A stretch of DNA of 64,000 nt from the human T2T-CHM13v2.0 reference genome, Homo sapiens. The notes beneath the pieces are model-generated. The model saw only the letters and a program-made list of their open reading frames with translations. It ran no database searches and had not been told where the DNA came from. Numbering within the stretch: the stretch's first letter is position 1; each line of letters starts with the position of its first letter. The stretch lies in NCBI RefSeq assembly GCF_009914755.1, contig NC_060927.1; one strand, 5' to 3'. Shown piece by piece: positions 30,326-43,470 of this stretch. The position numbers and the translations under genes are program-made.

Positions 30326-30523
30326 CAAAGGGTAGCAACTAAGACCCTCAAGCCAGCCCTATTTTTATGAATAACAGATTGGAACATAGCCTCGTTCATA
30401 TTGCCTATGGCTGCCTTCCCAAGACAAAAGCAGAGGTGAGTAGTTGCAATACAGACTGTATGGCCCGCAAACCCCCAAATATTTACTAACTGGTCCTTGA
30501 CAGAAAAAGTTTGCCAATCCCTG
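30326..30523 (+). mobile_element. MER58A hAT-Charlie relic (another fragment lies at ~8700-8792)
   Basis: gagtagttgcaatacagactgtatggcccgcaaac...aatatttacta...acagaaaaagtttgccaatccctg. Confidence 0.78.
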
Positions 30524-32987
30524 CTAAGTCACAGTTCTCACACTTGTATCCACTTGTGTGAACCAAGTGATAGATACACAGGTGTCATATTTTATAGTGA
30601 AGGAGAAACTTAGAAAAAGTGCATTCCATTAACATGAAAACCAAAAAAAAAGTAAAATAACAAAGAAAATAAATAAAAACCTGTGGCTACGCAAAAGGAG
30701 TAGATTAATCCTGGAATACTAACTGACTCTTACATGCTTATTTCCTCCTGTAAGACGCTTCTAAATGCACTTCTTGAATTGACGTGTTAAAAATGGATTG
30801 ATGTCTATGTCAACAGCAGGGCAATAAAATAAACTTGCCTGCTTAAACCCTTAGCTTTCTCATTTAATAAAACAACAAACAATACAAAATGCATTTTCAG
30901 AGGTGCTGAGCTTGGTCCGGACCTTAAGATTGTCAACGTCACATTAATGAAACTCAATTCTAAAGAAAATTCATCTTGAACAAAGGCCATTTTTTATACA
31001 AAGTGGGTGAAAGAAACATACCTATTAATATTTATAAAACAATTTTCACCATCAAAAGCACATTGTTACATGCTTGATAGATTATACAAATGAATTTTCC
31101 TTCTGAACGAATATCAAAGAAAGCTGTGGTACTTATATGCATAGGGTGTTTTGTTGTTTTGTTTAGTGGCGTGAGATTCTGTGAGCTGCTAATTCAACAA
31201 TCTCGATAGAAAACATGACTGGCAGTTAGAGGCCTCTGACCCTAGAATTTTAACAGAAGAATGTGTCACAGAATTAAACAAAAGAAGAATACATTTCAGA
31301 GGGGAAACTTACACATAAAAGGAACATAAAACAGCAGGAAATAAGACTATCATAATTAGTTTGAAAAATAATCTGTCTTCAAGCAACGTACTGCGTTTGA
31401 TTTGTGATAAATAACCATAATGTACTATTGAAACACGCCTTGCCAAAATGGCCTTAAAATGCTGATACTTTCAAATTAGTCCCACTTCCCATTAAATATT
31501 GATGTTCTGAGAGTTGTATACTTTTTAGAACTTTTTTTTAGTGGCTGTGAAAAGAGAAAATAGGTATGGGGTGGGTAGGGGGGTTGGGGGAGGTAGAGAA
31601 CCGAAAATGTTCTTGAAAATAGAGTCTTGTGTATAAAGACAGAAACAGAGAAACACCCACCAACAACATGGGCACTTGCTAACAAGAAGCAACGGGGTGG
31701 TTATTTAGGGAAATCAATCCGAAGAAAGAAAGGAATTTGATGTGCCAGTTAACTGTGGATCACCCAGCTTTAATTCTCACGGAATCTTAGCCAGATAGTC
31801 ACTGCTTCAAATTGGATCTCATTCCTTTGGCCCAGTGAATGAATTTCAGCTTCCAACTGATGAAGATGCCCCAAAGCAAGAATTCTTAATCTCTAGACTA
31901 TGGACAGATTGGGTGAGGTCGTTCTCTGTGAACAGGGACCATCCTGTGCGTTGTAGTTTAGCATTATCCACGCCAGTAGCATAGCCTCCAAGTTGTGATG
32001 ACTAAAAATGTTCCCTGGGGGACAAAATGCCCACCCTTCCCATGGAGTACAACTTGCTTTAAAGACATCAGAAAAAGGAGTCTGTGTACAGATAGAGCTG
32101 GCTGAAGGTGAGAAGAAATATGACATGAAATTTCACAGTGGCTAGCAAAATGAATGAATGAATACATGAATGCGCAGGTAGATAAATAAATAAATAATGA
32201 TAAAACATTGCTTCTTGCTTGGCTGCAGAATTAATGAATGAATTGGCACTGCATTTGGACAAACAAGGAAAATAACGATTAATTTCTATTGACTAAGTAA
32301 CAGTTTATTTTTGTTTCAATAAGGTTGCATCTTTCTGGTAGGCATGTTTTGACTCAGTGTCCCTTCTTCCATTAAGAAACTGTATGTCTCCTATACCATA
32401 TGATTCTTGCTCAGTGGCTGGCATGGGCATAGACATGTGACCCAAGCAGGGTCAATGAGAATCATTTGAAGGGATTTATGGGGCTGCTGAGGGAGAGTTA
32501 TGGAGCACTGGGAGCCATCTTTGCTGCCAGCTTCTGAGAGCCTGGCTGAGAAAGAAGCCAATTTGGAGGCAAGCAGGGCTGGAGAACCAGCAAATCCCTG
32601 ATTCTCTTCAGGCCTTAAGCCAGTCCACACCTTAGACTTCCCTGTTACAGGAATATAACTTTTTAACAAAAACAAAGCTAATATAACTTTCTGTCATTAG
32701 CAACCATTATAATCCTAGCTAAGAGTCACTAAACTACATTGCAGTTAGTAGTGTCAAATTATATTTTTTGAATCAGATTATTAATCACATAGGAAAAAAG
32801 AGCTCTTGGACTGCAGTTCTTTCTCCGTGTCAAAAATTCCCTATGGGTGACTTAGCAGCATAGATGTTATCAAGGCCCTTGTTCTTCACTCAACACGGCA
32901 TCACTTGTTGTACAAATATATGAACAATAACCTGAATTATTAAAAATAGCACTCACTGACCAATGGAAGGTCAAAAAAAGTTTCCTA

Positions 32988-33371
<384 letters not shown>

Positions 33372-34254
33372 TTAAATTTAAAGAATAATTATTAAATCAA
33401 AGTTTCAATGTGGAAATTTTACCGTGAAATGTTCTGCTACTACTGATCTAAACAGAACTAACAAATACTCAGATTATAAATATTAAGATTATCAATATTG
33501 CTAAAATATAAATGACTGCTTTTACAGCTTCTAAATAAAAGATAGCTTGAGGGGACTGTGATAATGATGAAGATCAATTTGTACATTTGGTCATTAATCA
33601 CCATTTCCTAATTGGGTTTAATTTGACTACTGCTCATTAGAGTTATAAACCAACATACTCATTTAATTGTGATTATAATTCAATTGCTGAACTTTTATGG
33701 TACAATGAACAAATTAATAACTAAAGATAATTTTGCTCTTAAAAATATCACATAAGACTTATGTTTTAATGAACTGTATATAATGTTTTATGATGATTCC
33801 CTTAAAAAAAAATCTCAAGACTCTTCCATTCTCTTAATAATTAAAAATCAAACTTCAGACTCATGACGTTTTATAAACACAGTCTAAGAAAAGGTTCCCA
33901 TACCCCTGTTCCCTGAAGCGAGAACACAGCTCGTGACTGCTTCCCAAAGGGTTGAATAAAAAATGTATTGCAGCCATTTTTATCCCACTCCATAGCTACA
34001 GCTACATTTCCATTTTTCTTCATGCAAAGCCACCAGGCTGCTTGTGTATACTAGTTGAAAAAGCAATATATGACCTTTAAGAACTTTTGTTAAACCTTCT
34101 CCTTCATTTCTTGGATTTAATTGTCAACATGAATTCTGACTGGTATTCCCTGCCAAACTGGAGACTACTTCTAGGTCATGTACGTGAAAGCAAACAAGTA
34201 GTTTAAATGGGAGAAAGTAGAAAAGGCAGGTAGCTGCAGTTGAGTCTGGAGTAT

Positions 34255-34460
34255 CAGAATCAATATGCACGCTGGACTCAGAGGGACATGGGTTCAAATC
34301 CCAGCTTTTGTAACTTCTGACTAGCCCCTGGGACAGTCACAATGGTTTCTCAATCCTCTATAAAATGGGGATAACAACTCCTAATTTTTCAGGGTTGTGG
34401 TAAACAATATGAAAGAATATAGGTATAAGCTTATCACAGTGTCTGGCATATAAGCTCAAG
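34255..34460 (+). mobile_element. MIR SINE (an opposite-strand MIR lies at ~34730-34950)
   Basis: tgggttcaaatcccagct...ctataaaatggggataaca. Confidence 0.75.
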
Positions 34461-35726
34461 AAACAGCTTCTTCCCCTTCCTTTCTTAGCTTTATAAAATA
34501 CACACAATTTGATAGCCATAGCAACTTTAAAAAAAATATTTATGAATAAAGGTAGCTTGTTTATAAATGAGCAAGCACAGATTTCTATCGGATGGTCATC
34601 TGTATAAATCATGAAATATATTATCTTCAATGGCTTCCTAAACATAAAATCTTTGCTTGTTCTCGTCTGAAATCTATACTATTCCTGGGCTACTCTGAGA
34701 CTACCTGAGAAGAGGAATTTCATTTTATGAATGTTAGGGACTAGCCTATTTTGTATCTGACACTGCATGCATACTCATATATGATTTCATCTTATTTTCA
34801 CAACACTCTATGAGCTAGACATCATTTCTACCACTTATTTGATTGAAAAGATTGAAAAAAAAAAAAAAGACCTGAAACTTAGGCAGGCTAAATAACTTGC
34901 CCAGATCCGTAGCCAAAACATGGCAGATACAGAATTTATACTTAGGCCTCTCTGGGTTCGAAGGAAATGATAGTGTAGTTTCTCTGAGTCTAGCTACAGA
35001 ATCTCTGAAATGTGCTAAGGAGAAAATATTGTCTCATCCGTCTTGGTCCAAAAGTTGATGTGTTTACACATAATGATTCACCCCAGTTAACAATTCAATG
35101 CAAATTACTATTTACTGACTGTAACAAGCTAGACAACATGCAAGACACCGGAGGTGAAATGTACTAAAAAAGAAAAGGTTCATGGTGCTTACAGTCTGGT
35201 ATCCCTATCCTATCCACCTGCCATTCCACTGTTTTGACAGCAAAAGCTTGTGAATTTGTGTGTAGAACTCCACTTTACCCCTTACCACACACACATTTAC
35301 AAGCTTTTGCTATCAAATTAATAAGAACTTATGGAATATTTGCTGTATGCAAGAAACAGTGCAGTGGTGGTAGGTACTGATATATAAAAGTTATTTATAC
35401 TCTACAACTACCTGATGGATAGGAGAAACCTTCACCACAAAAATGCCACCTCCTCCTGCCTGAAGCAGAAACTGCTCTCCAAGTAAGGTGAAAGAGTTCA
35501 ACTGGGGGGGACTTGGGGCTTTACCAAGGTGATATAAATCCAGCCCAGAACACAAGGTGAAATTATATACAGATTTAGGCAAACTAAAGACGTTCGAAAA
35601 GTTCCAGTTCCATAAAGGCATATGCCTTCATTACACCCAAGTGTGTGGCTCCCATTTCTACACAAATCTTTACCTTAGTAGCAGCAGTGATGGGCCTAAA
35701 AAAATAAGGTGGAGAGAAAGAGGTGA

Positions 35727-35927
<201 letters not shown>

Positions 35928-36130
35928 TTAGAGGCTTGGCATTTGGCTACAAACAAACCTAAGTGCTGAAATGTTCAACTGCATCATGGGAGCATTTCAA
36001 ACTATGGCAGAAATTAAATTACTGAAAGAAATTTATGCAAAGCTGCTGCTACAGTCTTTTGTGCAATTTATAGTTTGCATAAATAATTATAATACATTCA
36101 TTTGTTTTCTCAATTCTTTTTTTTTTTTAC

Positions 36131-36227
36131 CTTGTCCTTCTGGAGTTTCACCAAAGGGATTCACTTCCACCTGAGTAGCATCAATTTTCAGGAAGAGATT
36201 ATACAGCTTCGTAATTTGATCTGCAGC
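36131..36227 (-). CDS. SUCLG2: SUCLG2 coding exon 7 (97 nt, phase 0 to 1): AADQITKLYNLFLKIDATQVEVNPFGETPEGQ
   Basis: catttag|GCTGCA...GGACAAG|gtaaaa. Contains the EVNP motif of SCS-beta; translated by hand. Confidence 0.96.
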
Positions 36228-37109
36228 CTAAATGTGATCAAGTGAAATAGAATTACACCAAAGCAGTAAAAGAAAATTTATTTTGCTGGATTAATGAAAC
36301 CTTAAAAATAGCAAGTTATGTCTTTATTTTCAGTTAGGTTTTCTGAAGGGAAAAACAGAAAAGCATAATTATTTTAATTTCCACTGCTATTCATTAAAAG
36401 GAATTGCTCAGCTCTCCTCTAGACACCAGAAGAGACCATTATCAAGAAAAGAAAATATTTTCAGTACGGCCTAAAACGTTGTTAATCTTTTTGTAAATTA
36501 TCATGTCTCTATTAGCAGAGTTATGCTGCAATATAAATTACAATCATTAATACAAACAAGCTCCATTTAAGTAAAAGGTAAACATGATTTTGAGAGTTTA
36601 TAATGACTAGGTTTTCCTTATTGTGCTGAAATAAAACAGTTATTATATTCATCAATCCAACCCATAATCTGTGAAACAACAATTACTGAGTGTCTAATGA
36701 AAATTGTTGCAAAACAGGAAGATGAAAGTGCTTAATAGTGTAGTTACTGAACAGCACAGTTCAAACTGAAAATAGCTTGTCCCAAAGGCATTAACCACAA
36801 AGGGCAAGAATATCCAAGGTTGCCCTGTTATGCCCTGACTTCATTTTTCTCACCTCTGCTTGAAATTCACTCATTCATTCATTCATTCTTTTCAACCAAC
36901 ATTTCTCCACTGCCTATGACACAGCAAGCTGGTATCTTGTGAGCTGGCGCTTGAAATAAGAGCATGAATGAGCCATGCCCCTACCCTGGAAAGCTCCTGG
37001 CAATAACAAAAGGAGCATGTGATGCACAGAGCAAGAGGGTGGATCGTGGAGAAGAATTAGGTATCAGTCTCATTCCCAGCTCCATTTTCCAAGCCAAAGT
37101 TTTCCCACT

Positions 37110-37580
37110 GCCACATTTCACTCATTGTGCCAGCCTCGGATTACTTGCAGCAGATCCGTTTTCAGTTCTCCAACTCTACTCTGTATATCAGAGAAGGTGA
37201 CTCTTACAGGCTGAGTTTTCTAGGTTCCTGGGTCAGCTGGTTTCCAGCTGGGGTCAGCCAATGGCAAGCAGTGGTGAGAGATGGAGGTGGGAAGAAGGGA
37301 AGAGCCAGGGTACTTCCACTCCTCTCTTTCTATCTGGGCAGCACCTCCTCCTCTGGCTGTTGCTCCCACTGGAGAAGCCCACCAGGGCTCTAGCTTCTGT
37401 ATACAAGGTCCAGTAACACCACTGCCTCATTTTTGTTCCTGGAGCATGTGGTTGGATATGCTTTAGGTTGCCTTTCTGTCAACTCTTAAAGTACTCAGCT
37501 CTTGCAGCGCCTATGAAACACATCCCTAAAGTAAATCCCCACTGGTGTAAATATTGCAAGTGGTTCCAGATTTGACTGAA
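37110..37580. mobile_element. Old ERVL-type LTR (LTR33-like)
   Basis: ggtcagccaatggcaagcagtggtgagagatggagg resembles recalled LTR33; boundaries uncertain. Confidence 0.5.
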
Positions 37581-38205
37581 GAACTCCAGATTTAATTCAT
37601 GCTATCTTAATGTATTTTATAAACACCTACAAACATTTTTAAATCCAAATTTGAGGGCTAGTAGATATAAACGAACCCACATAATGAGTATGATTAAATA
37701 TTTTTAATATTAAATATTTGCATAGGTAGATAATACATGTATATGATACAAAATTCCCGAAGAACTTAAGGGTTTTCCCTGATTGTACCACTCAACCACA
37801 CAGGCCCCCAGTGGCAGCCAACTCATAAATTTAGCCTTCATATGAGAGACAGTCTATGCCTAACACAGTACGCATTCCTCCTTCATCTGTCTTAAAAAAG
37901 CAAACTTGTTCCAATACCTCTTTACTTAACAGAATTTTAGAGACACTTCATCAGCAACACAGGTAGATCAATCATATCTTTTTAATTGACTAAATAATAT
38001 CTTACTGTATTGATATGCTATAATTCCTTTAACCTTTCACTTAAATAATGACCAACTGCATTGTTTCTAATAGGTTGACATTACAGCACTGCCTTATTTA
38101 TCTCTGTATATTTAACATACATGTGATTAAACATTTGTAGGATAAATTACCCAGAGTGAAGCAAAAAGGAATGTAGCCATTTTAAACATCAAAAGGTTCT
38201 GTTAA

Positions 38206-38550
<345 letters not shown>

Positions 38551-38646
38551 TAAAAAGTGAAAATTATCAGAGACACTATTTTCCAATTCACAATCATTAG
38601 CCATTTGTATCTTTGTCAGTGTGTTAGGTGAAAAAGGGTATCTCAC

Positions 38647-39007
38647 TGGTATGGTTGGGCTCTGTGTCCCCATCCAAATCTCACCTTGAATTGTAATAAT
38701 TCCCACGTGTTGCAGGAGGGACCCAGTGGGAGGTAACTGAATCATGGGGACGGGATTTTCCCATGCTGTTCTCATGATAGTGAGTAAGTCTCACGAGATC
38801 TGGTGGTTTTATAAAGGGGGGGTTCCTCTGCACAAGCTCTCTTGCCTGCCACCATGTAAGAAGTCCCTTCACTCTTCCTTCGTCTTCCACCATGATTGTG
38901 AGGCTTCCCCAGCCATGTGGAATTGTAAGTAAATTAAACCTCTTTCCTTCATAAATTATCCAGTCACGGGTATGTCTTTATTATCAGCGTGAGAACAGAC
39001 GAGTACA
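38647..39007 (+). mobile_element. THE1 (MaLR) solo LTR
   Basis: tggtatggttgggctctgtgtcccc...catgattgtgaggcttccccagccatgtggaa; perfect 5-bp TSD CTCAC at 38642-38646 and 39008-39012. Confidence 0.92.
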
Positions 39008-39152
39008 CTCACATATAGTTTTAATTTGAATTTATTTTATTATGAATGAGTTTAGGCATTATTCTATGAGTTTAAGAGACATCTTATTTTTTTTGTGTGA
39101 ATTTTGCCTATTTTTCTATTGAGATTTTGGTCCCTTATTAATTTATAGGAAG

Positions 39153-39435
39153 AGTGTGAGTGTGCGTGTGTGGGGGGGTGTGTGTGTGTGTACAAGAGAG
39201 TGTTGCTTTGTCACCTAGACTGGAGCGTACTGGCATAATCATGGCTCACTGCAGCCTTGAACTCCTGGGCTCAGATGATCCTCCCACCTCAGCCTTTCAA
39301 ATAGCTGGACTACAGGCACATGCCACTAGGCTGAGCTAATTTTTTATTTTAATTTTTTCTAGAGATGGGGGTCTCGCTATGTTACCCAGGCTGCTCTTGA
39401 ATTCCTGGTCTCAAGCAATCCTCTTGTCTCAGCCC
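39153..39435 (-). mobile_element. AluJ whose tail position is occupied by a (TG)n tract
   Basis: (TG)n at 39153-39191 followed by a diverged Alu body. Confidence 0.8.
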
Positions 39436-39934
39436 CTTTAACATTTACCTTTTGAACATGCTTTTGTTACTTTTGCCACATGGAAATTTCACAATAATGT
39501 CACTCTTATATGGCTTCTGGCTTTGTGTCAGACTTTTAAAAGGCTAGTCCCATTCTGAGAGTATTTTTAAAAATTCTCCCATTATTTTTTCTAGTATTCT
39601 TTATAATTTCTTCCATTTTTTTAATCCAAATAAAATTTGAGTTAAAGTGCGAAGCCAGCAAATACTTCATTGCGGAATATTTTTTGTATTTTAGGGGGTT
39701 TTCTAGGTCATCAATGTGACCTTGCAATGTGAGTTGCATGGGGCAGGCATCTTATGTATCCTGGGCACCTTGGCATCCACTGTAGTGATACAACCTCTGC
39801 AGAGTCAACACTCGATAAATATCGGTTGAATTAAAGATTAATTCAGTTCTAAGTGGGGACTACATAATAGAAATAACTTCTGGGTACACATATATATATA
39901 TATGTATAATCTAATCCAGCTACTTCAAAACTTC

Positions 39935-40595
39935 CTTTTTAAAAAATTGTGATAAAATATACAAAACATAAAATTCACCATATCTCAACCATTTTTGTCT
40001 ACACAGTTCTGCAGGGTCAAGTTGGTACATTCACATTGCTGTGCAACCAATTCCTAGAACTTCTTCATCTTCCCTCACACTCTGTATCGCTAAACAAACT
40101 CCCGTTCTTCTCTTCCCACTGCCTCTGGCAACATCATTCTACTTTGTGTCTATAAATTTGACTATTCTAGATAGCATCTCTCTCTCTGCCTCTCTCTCCA
40201 TCTCCATATATATATATATTTTCACACACACACACCCCCCTCTATATATACGCACATATATATCTCTCCATATATATCTCCATATATATGTATATAGATA
40301 ATACGTATAGATATATATAGATACCAGATATATAGAGATATTAGAGATCTCTATATACATACATACATAAAATAAAAGATATGCATATATATACATACAC
40401 TAGATACCTGTGGAATCATCCAGTGTTTGTCTTTTTGTAACTGGCTTATTTCACTTAGCATAATGTCCTCAAGCCCCATCCATACTGCAGCATGTGTCAG
40501 AATCTTCTTTTACAAGGTTCAGTAAAGTTCCATTATAGTATATACCACATTTTGTTTATCCATTCATCCACAGATACACACTTAAATTGTTTCAG
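39935..40595 (-). mobile_element. Old L1 3' end (L1M) interrupted by a (TC)/(TA)/(CA) low-complexity tract at ~40175-40400
   Basis: ctggcttatttcacttagcataatgtcctcaag...ccacattttgtttatccattcatc is typical of the L1M 3' UTR. Confidence 0.8.
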
Positions 40596-41203
40596 AACTT
40601 CTTAAGCCTACACCAATTTTGCTTAGTACAAGGCTGCATTTTCTGCACATTAATCCCATTGTAATTATACATTAGCACAGCATTTTGGGGATATTTTCTG
40701 TTTTAATTTTTACTGTTGCACAAAGGCAGACCATAATTTTTTTGAGCAAGACTAAAACATAATCTGATCTTGGAGACATCTCCAAACCAAGCTGGTTCTC
40801 CCTTGTAGATCTCACAATGACAAACCCTTGTAAGATGTCTTATTCCAGAGGCTATTCACTAAATGGTTATAAGGGCTAAGCAGACAGAATGTGTGTGACC
40901 AGGTGTAACAGGGAATGGCATGGCATGTGGCAAGTTGAGATTAGTATTCCCACTTTCTACAAAAGTTAAAAATAAGCACAGGTCAAAGAAAACATTCTCC
41001 TGGTCAACTTGCAGTCAGTCGCTTACTACTGCCATCTATTTCTCAGCTCATAACCACTGCGTACAAAAAGTTTTTCTGCACTTTTGCCATCAATTGTTAT
41101 TTTGTCTGTTAAGTAATTTTTAAAAATTAAAATTCGTAAAATCAAATATACGTACATGAAAATCTGACAAGTTTATAAAAATCTTTAAAAATGTCTCAAA
41201 AGG

Positions 41204-41703
41204 AGCATAAGGAGGAATGGCCTCAGAATCGTGCAGGCACAGTTGTGCGCTGCATCGCCAAGATGCCATTCCCAAAGTATACTCCATCGCGCCTGGCCAC
41301 TCCACCCTCGACCCTCTACCCAGCGGAATACGACATATCCCTGGAAACCCAGCAGGCGCAAGCCGAGCGGTTGGCCATAAGAGCACAGCTGAAACAGCAG
41401 TACTTGCTTCAGTACAACGACCCTAACTGCTGACGGCTCATTGAAGATCCTGCCTTGATTTGTTGGACCTATGCAAGATCAGCAAATGTCTATCCTAATT
41501 TCACCCCTAAAAACTCACTCTTGGGAGCTTTGTGTGGAATTAGGCACCTGTTCTTCTGGTATGATGTATTCAAAACTGACAGGAATAGGAAAGAAAAACT
41601 TATCCAGGAAGGAAAATTGGATCAAACATTTAACATCTCATATTAAGTCTGGCAATGATGACTATGTGTATTCTTGCTGAAATAAATCGTCTATTAATCA
41701 AAC
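41204..41703 (+). pseudogene. Processed pseudogene of NDUFB4 (complex I B15 subunit), antisense within SUCLG2 intron 6
   Basis: Intronless CDS relic from ATG 41263 to TAA 41646 (MPFPKY...[21 protein letters not shown]...[15 protein letters not shown]). In-frame TGA at 41431-41433; about 2 codons missing relative to the parent; AATAAA at 41681; decayed A-tail; degenerate TSD aaaaatgtctcaaaagg / aaaaatctcaacagg. Confidence 0.95.
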
Positions 41704-41972
41704 AAAAATCTCAACAGGTTAAGAATTTTAAATATTTTTCTTGCATTCCAGAAATTATCATCAATATTCACGTACGCCTCTCAAATCTAGCCAGAAGTAC
41801 AAACCACTTCAAGAGGTGTTAGTGATCTTGCACTGACTTGGACCATCCGATCTTTTCATCAGCCTAAACCTTAGAGGCACATGTTGACAATTCGTGGCAC
41901 TCATGTTTTCAGAAATGAACAGTATAGATGATAATTAAGACACACTTGACAAACTTGTAAGTTTCAGTCATA

Positions 41973-42682
41973 CAATAGTCACCCTTTATCCTCAGTTTCC
42001 CTTTCTGTGGTTTTAGTTACCCATGGTCTACTGAGGTCCAAGTTATTAAATGGAAAGGACAAAATTATGGAATAAGATCCTTGGATGGAACACAGCACTA
42101 AAGTCACTGACGGATTACAACCTCTACAGCCACACTTAGATGACCTAAAAAGAAAGAGACAAACTTCTAATTATGATGTTCTTCTAAAAGGTTGTGGTGA
42201 AAAACCTTCAGCTATCCAGGATCCCTGACCATTGACATCATCTGTTCCTGACATCCAGCCATTGACACCCATGGTTTGATGATCCAGGATCATCCAAAGT
42301 AGATGTCCCTCACGAAGTATTGCCAGGAGGTCATGAGAAGCCCAATGCTACATCGCAATGCTCACATCACTCACCCCACGTCTTACCATGTAGACATTGC
42401 ATCATCTCACATCATCGCAAGAAGGGTGAGTACAGTACAATGAGGTATTTTGAGAAAGAGACCATATTCACATCACTTTTATTACAGTATATTGCTATTG
42501 TTCTATTTCATACTGTTGTTAATATCTTACTGTACCTAATTTATAAGTCAAAATTTATCCTAAGTATAAATATCTAGAATATCCAGAAAAAAAGAGTATA
42601 TATAGGGTTTGGTAGTAGGTAAGCTTCAGGCATCCACTGGAAGTCTTGGGACGTATCCTCCACAGATAAGGGGGAACTACTA
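41973..42682 (+). mobile_element. MER44/Tigger7-derived DNA transposon
   Basis: Inverted termini caatagtcaccctttatc / gataagggggaactacta; TA flanks. Confidence 0.82.
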
Positions 42683-43029
42683 TATTAAGCTTTCCTATGT
42701 CTTAACGTTTTTCAACAAATTCTCACAGAAAGAGACTTTGGTTGGGAACAAACACTGGTAATTTTTATGTAAAGCAAAGTATCATCTTTATTTTTGTTAT
42801 GTCTAATATTCATCACATTTTAGAGACAACAGGCATGAGTCACAGGAAAGATATTAATAATTTTATAAGACTATCATTTTATATGATATTCAACCATGAG
42901 TGAGGTACCTCCAAATGCCTAAACCACATCCTAGATGAAAATTAAGTAACTTAACTTTCAAAGTCACGTTGAACCTAAGGTACCTCTAAGATACTATTTC
43001 CTTAGGAAAAGATCATTGATGATTGTTTA

Positions 43030-43470
43030 AATGTTTTCCCTTCTACACTGTCCCATCTGCTCATTGTACACTGGCCCTCTAGAGCATTTCACTAATCCCC
43101 ACAGCTTGAGCAAGCCCCATAAAGCAGAGATTCCCAAGCCTACAACTCTAATGCACAGCTTTCCCTGGGATCCCAAGCCATATATCCCTTCTACTGTAGA
43201 AATACACTCAGGTGTCCCTAGATGAACAACTTCCAACATGTCTACAGCTGAGATCAACCTCTCTCTCCCTCTGCCCGCTGCCCCCTCCCCCACTCTCTCC
43301 TTCACATTCCTTTATCCGTCCCTCTTCCTGTATCCTCTCAGCCAGCAGGCAGATATCTACCGGTCTGTGAGCCCCTGAGGAACAATGGTTATTTTTCATT
43401 GTCTCTTTTCCCCAAGGCACAGCAGACTGAGCAGCACCCTATCAGTGCTCATTCCAAGCTGCTGAGAAAA
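43030..43470 (+). mobile_element. L2 fragments (further L2 pieces at ~36865-37010, 43930-44100, 55590-56140 and 63700-64000)
   Basis: Pyrimidine-rich L2-like segments (ttccaacatgtctacagctgag; ttcattcattca 3' ends); highly diverged. Confidence 0.5.

Noticed and set aside
35233-35317. Hairpin as a MADE1/miR-548-type MITE
   Set aside because: Lacks the MADE1 terminal repeat (TTAGGTTGGTGCAAAAGTAATTGCGG); it shares only a GCAAAAG word.
40175-40400. Complex TA/CA/TC periodic tract
   Set aside because: Ordinary microsatellite expansion inside an L1 relic; no spacer-repeat organisation.
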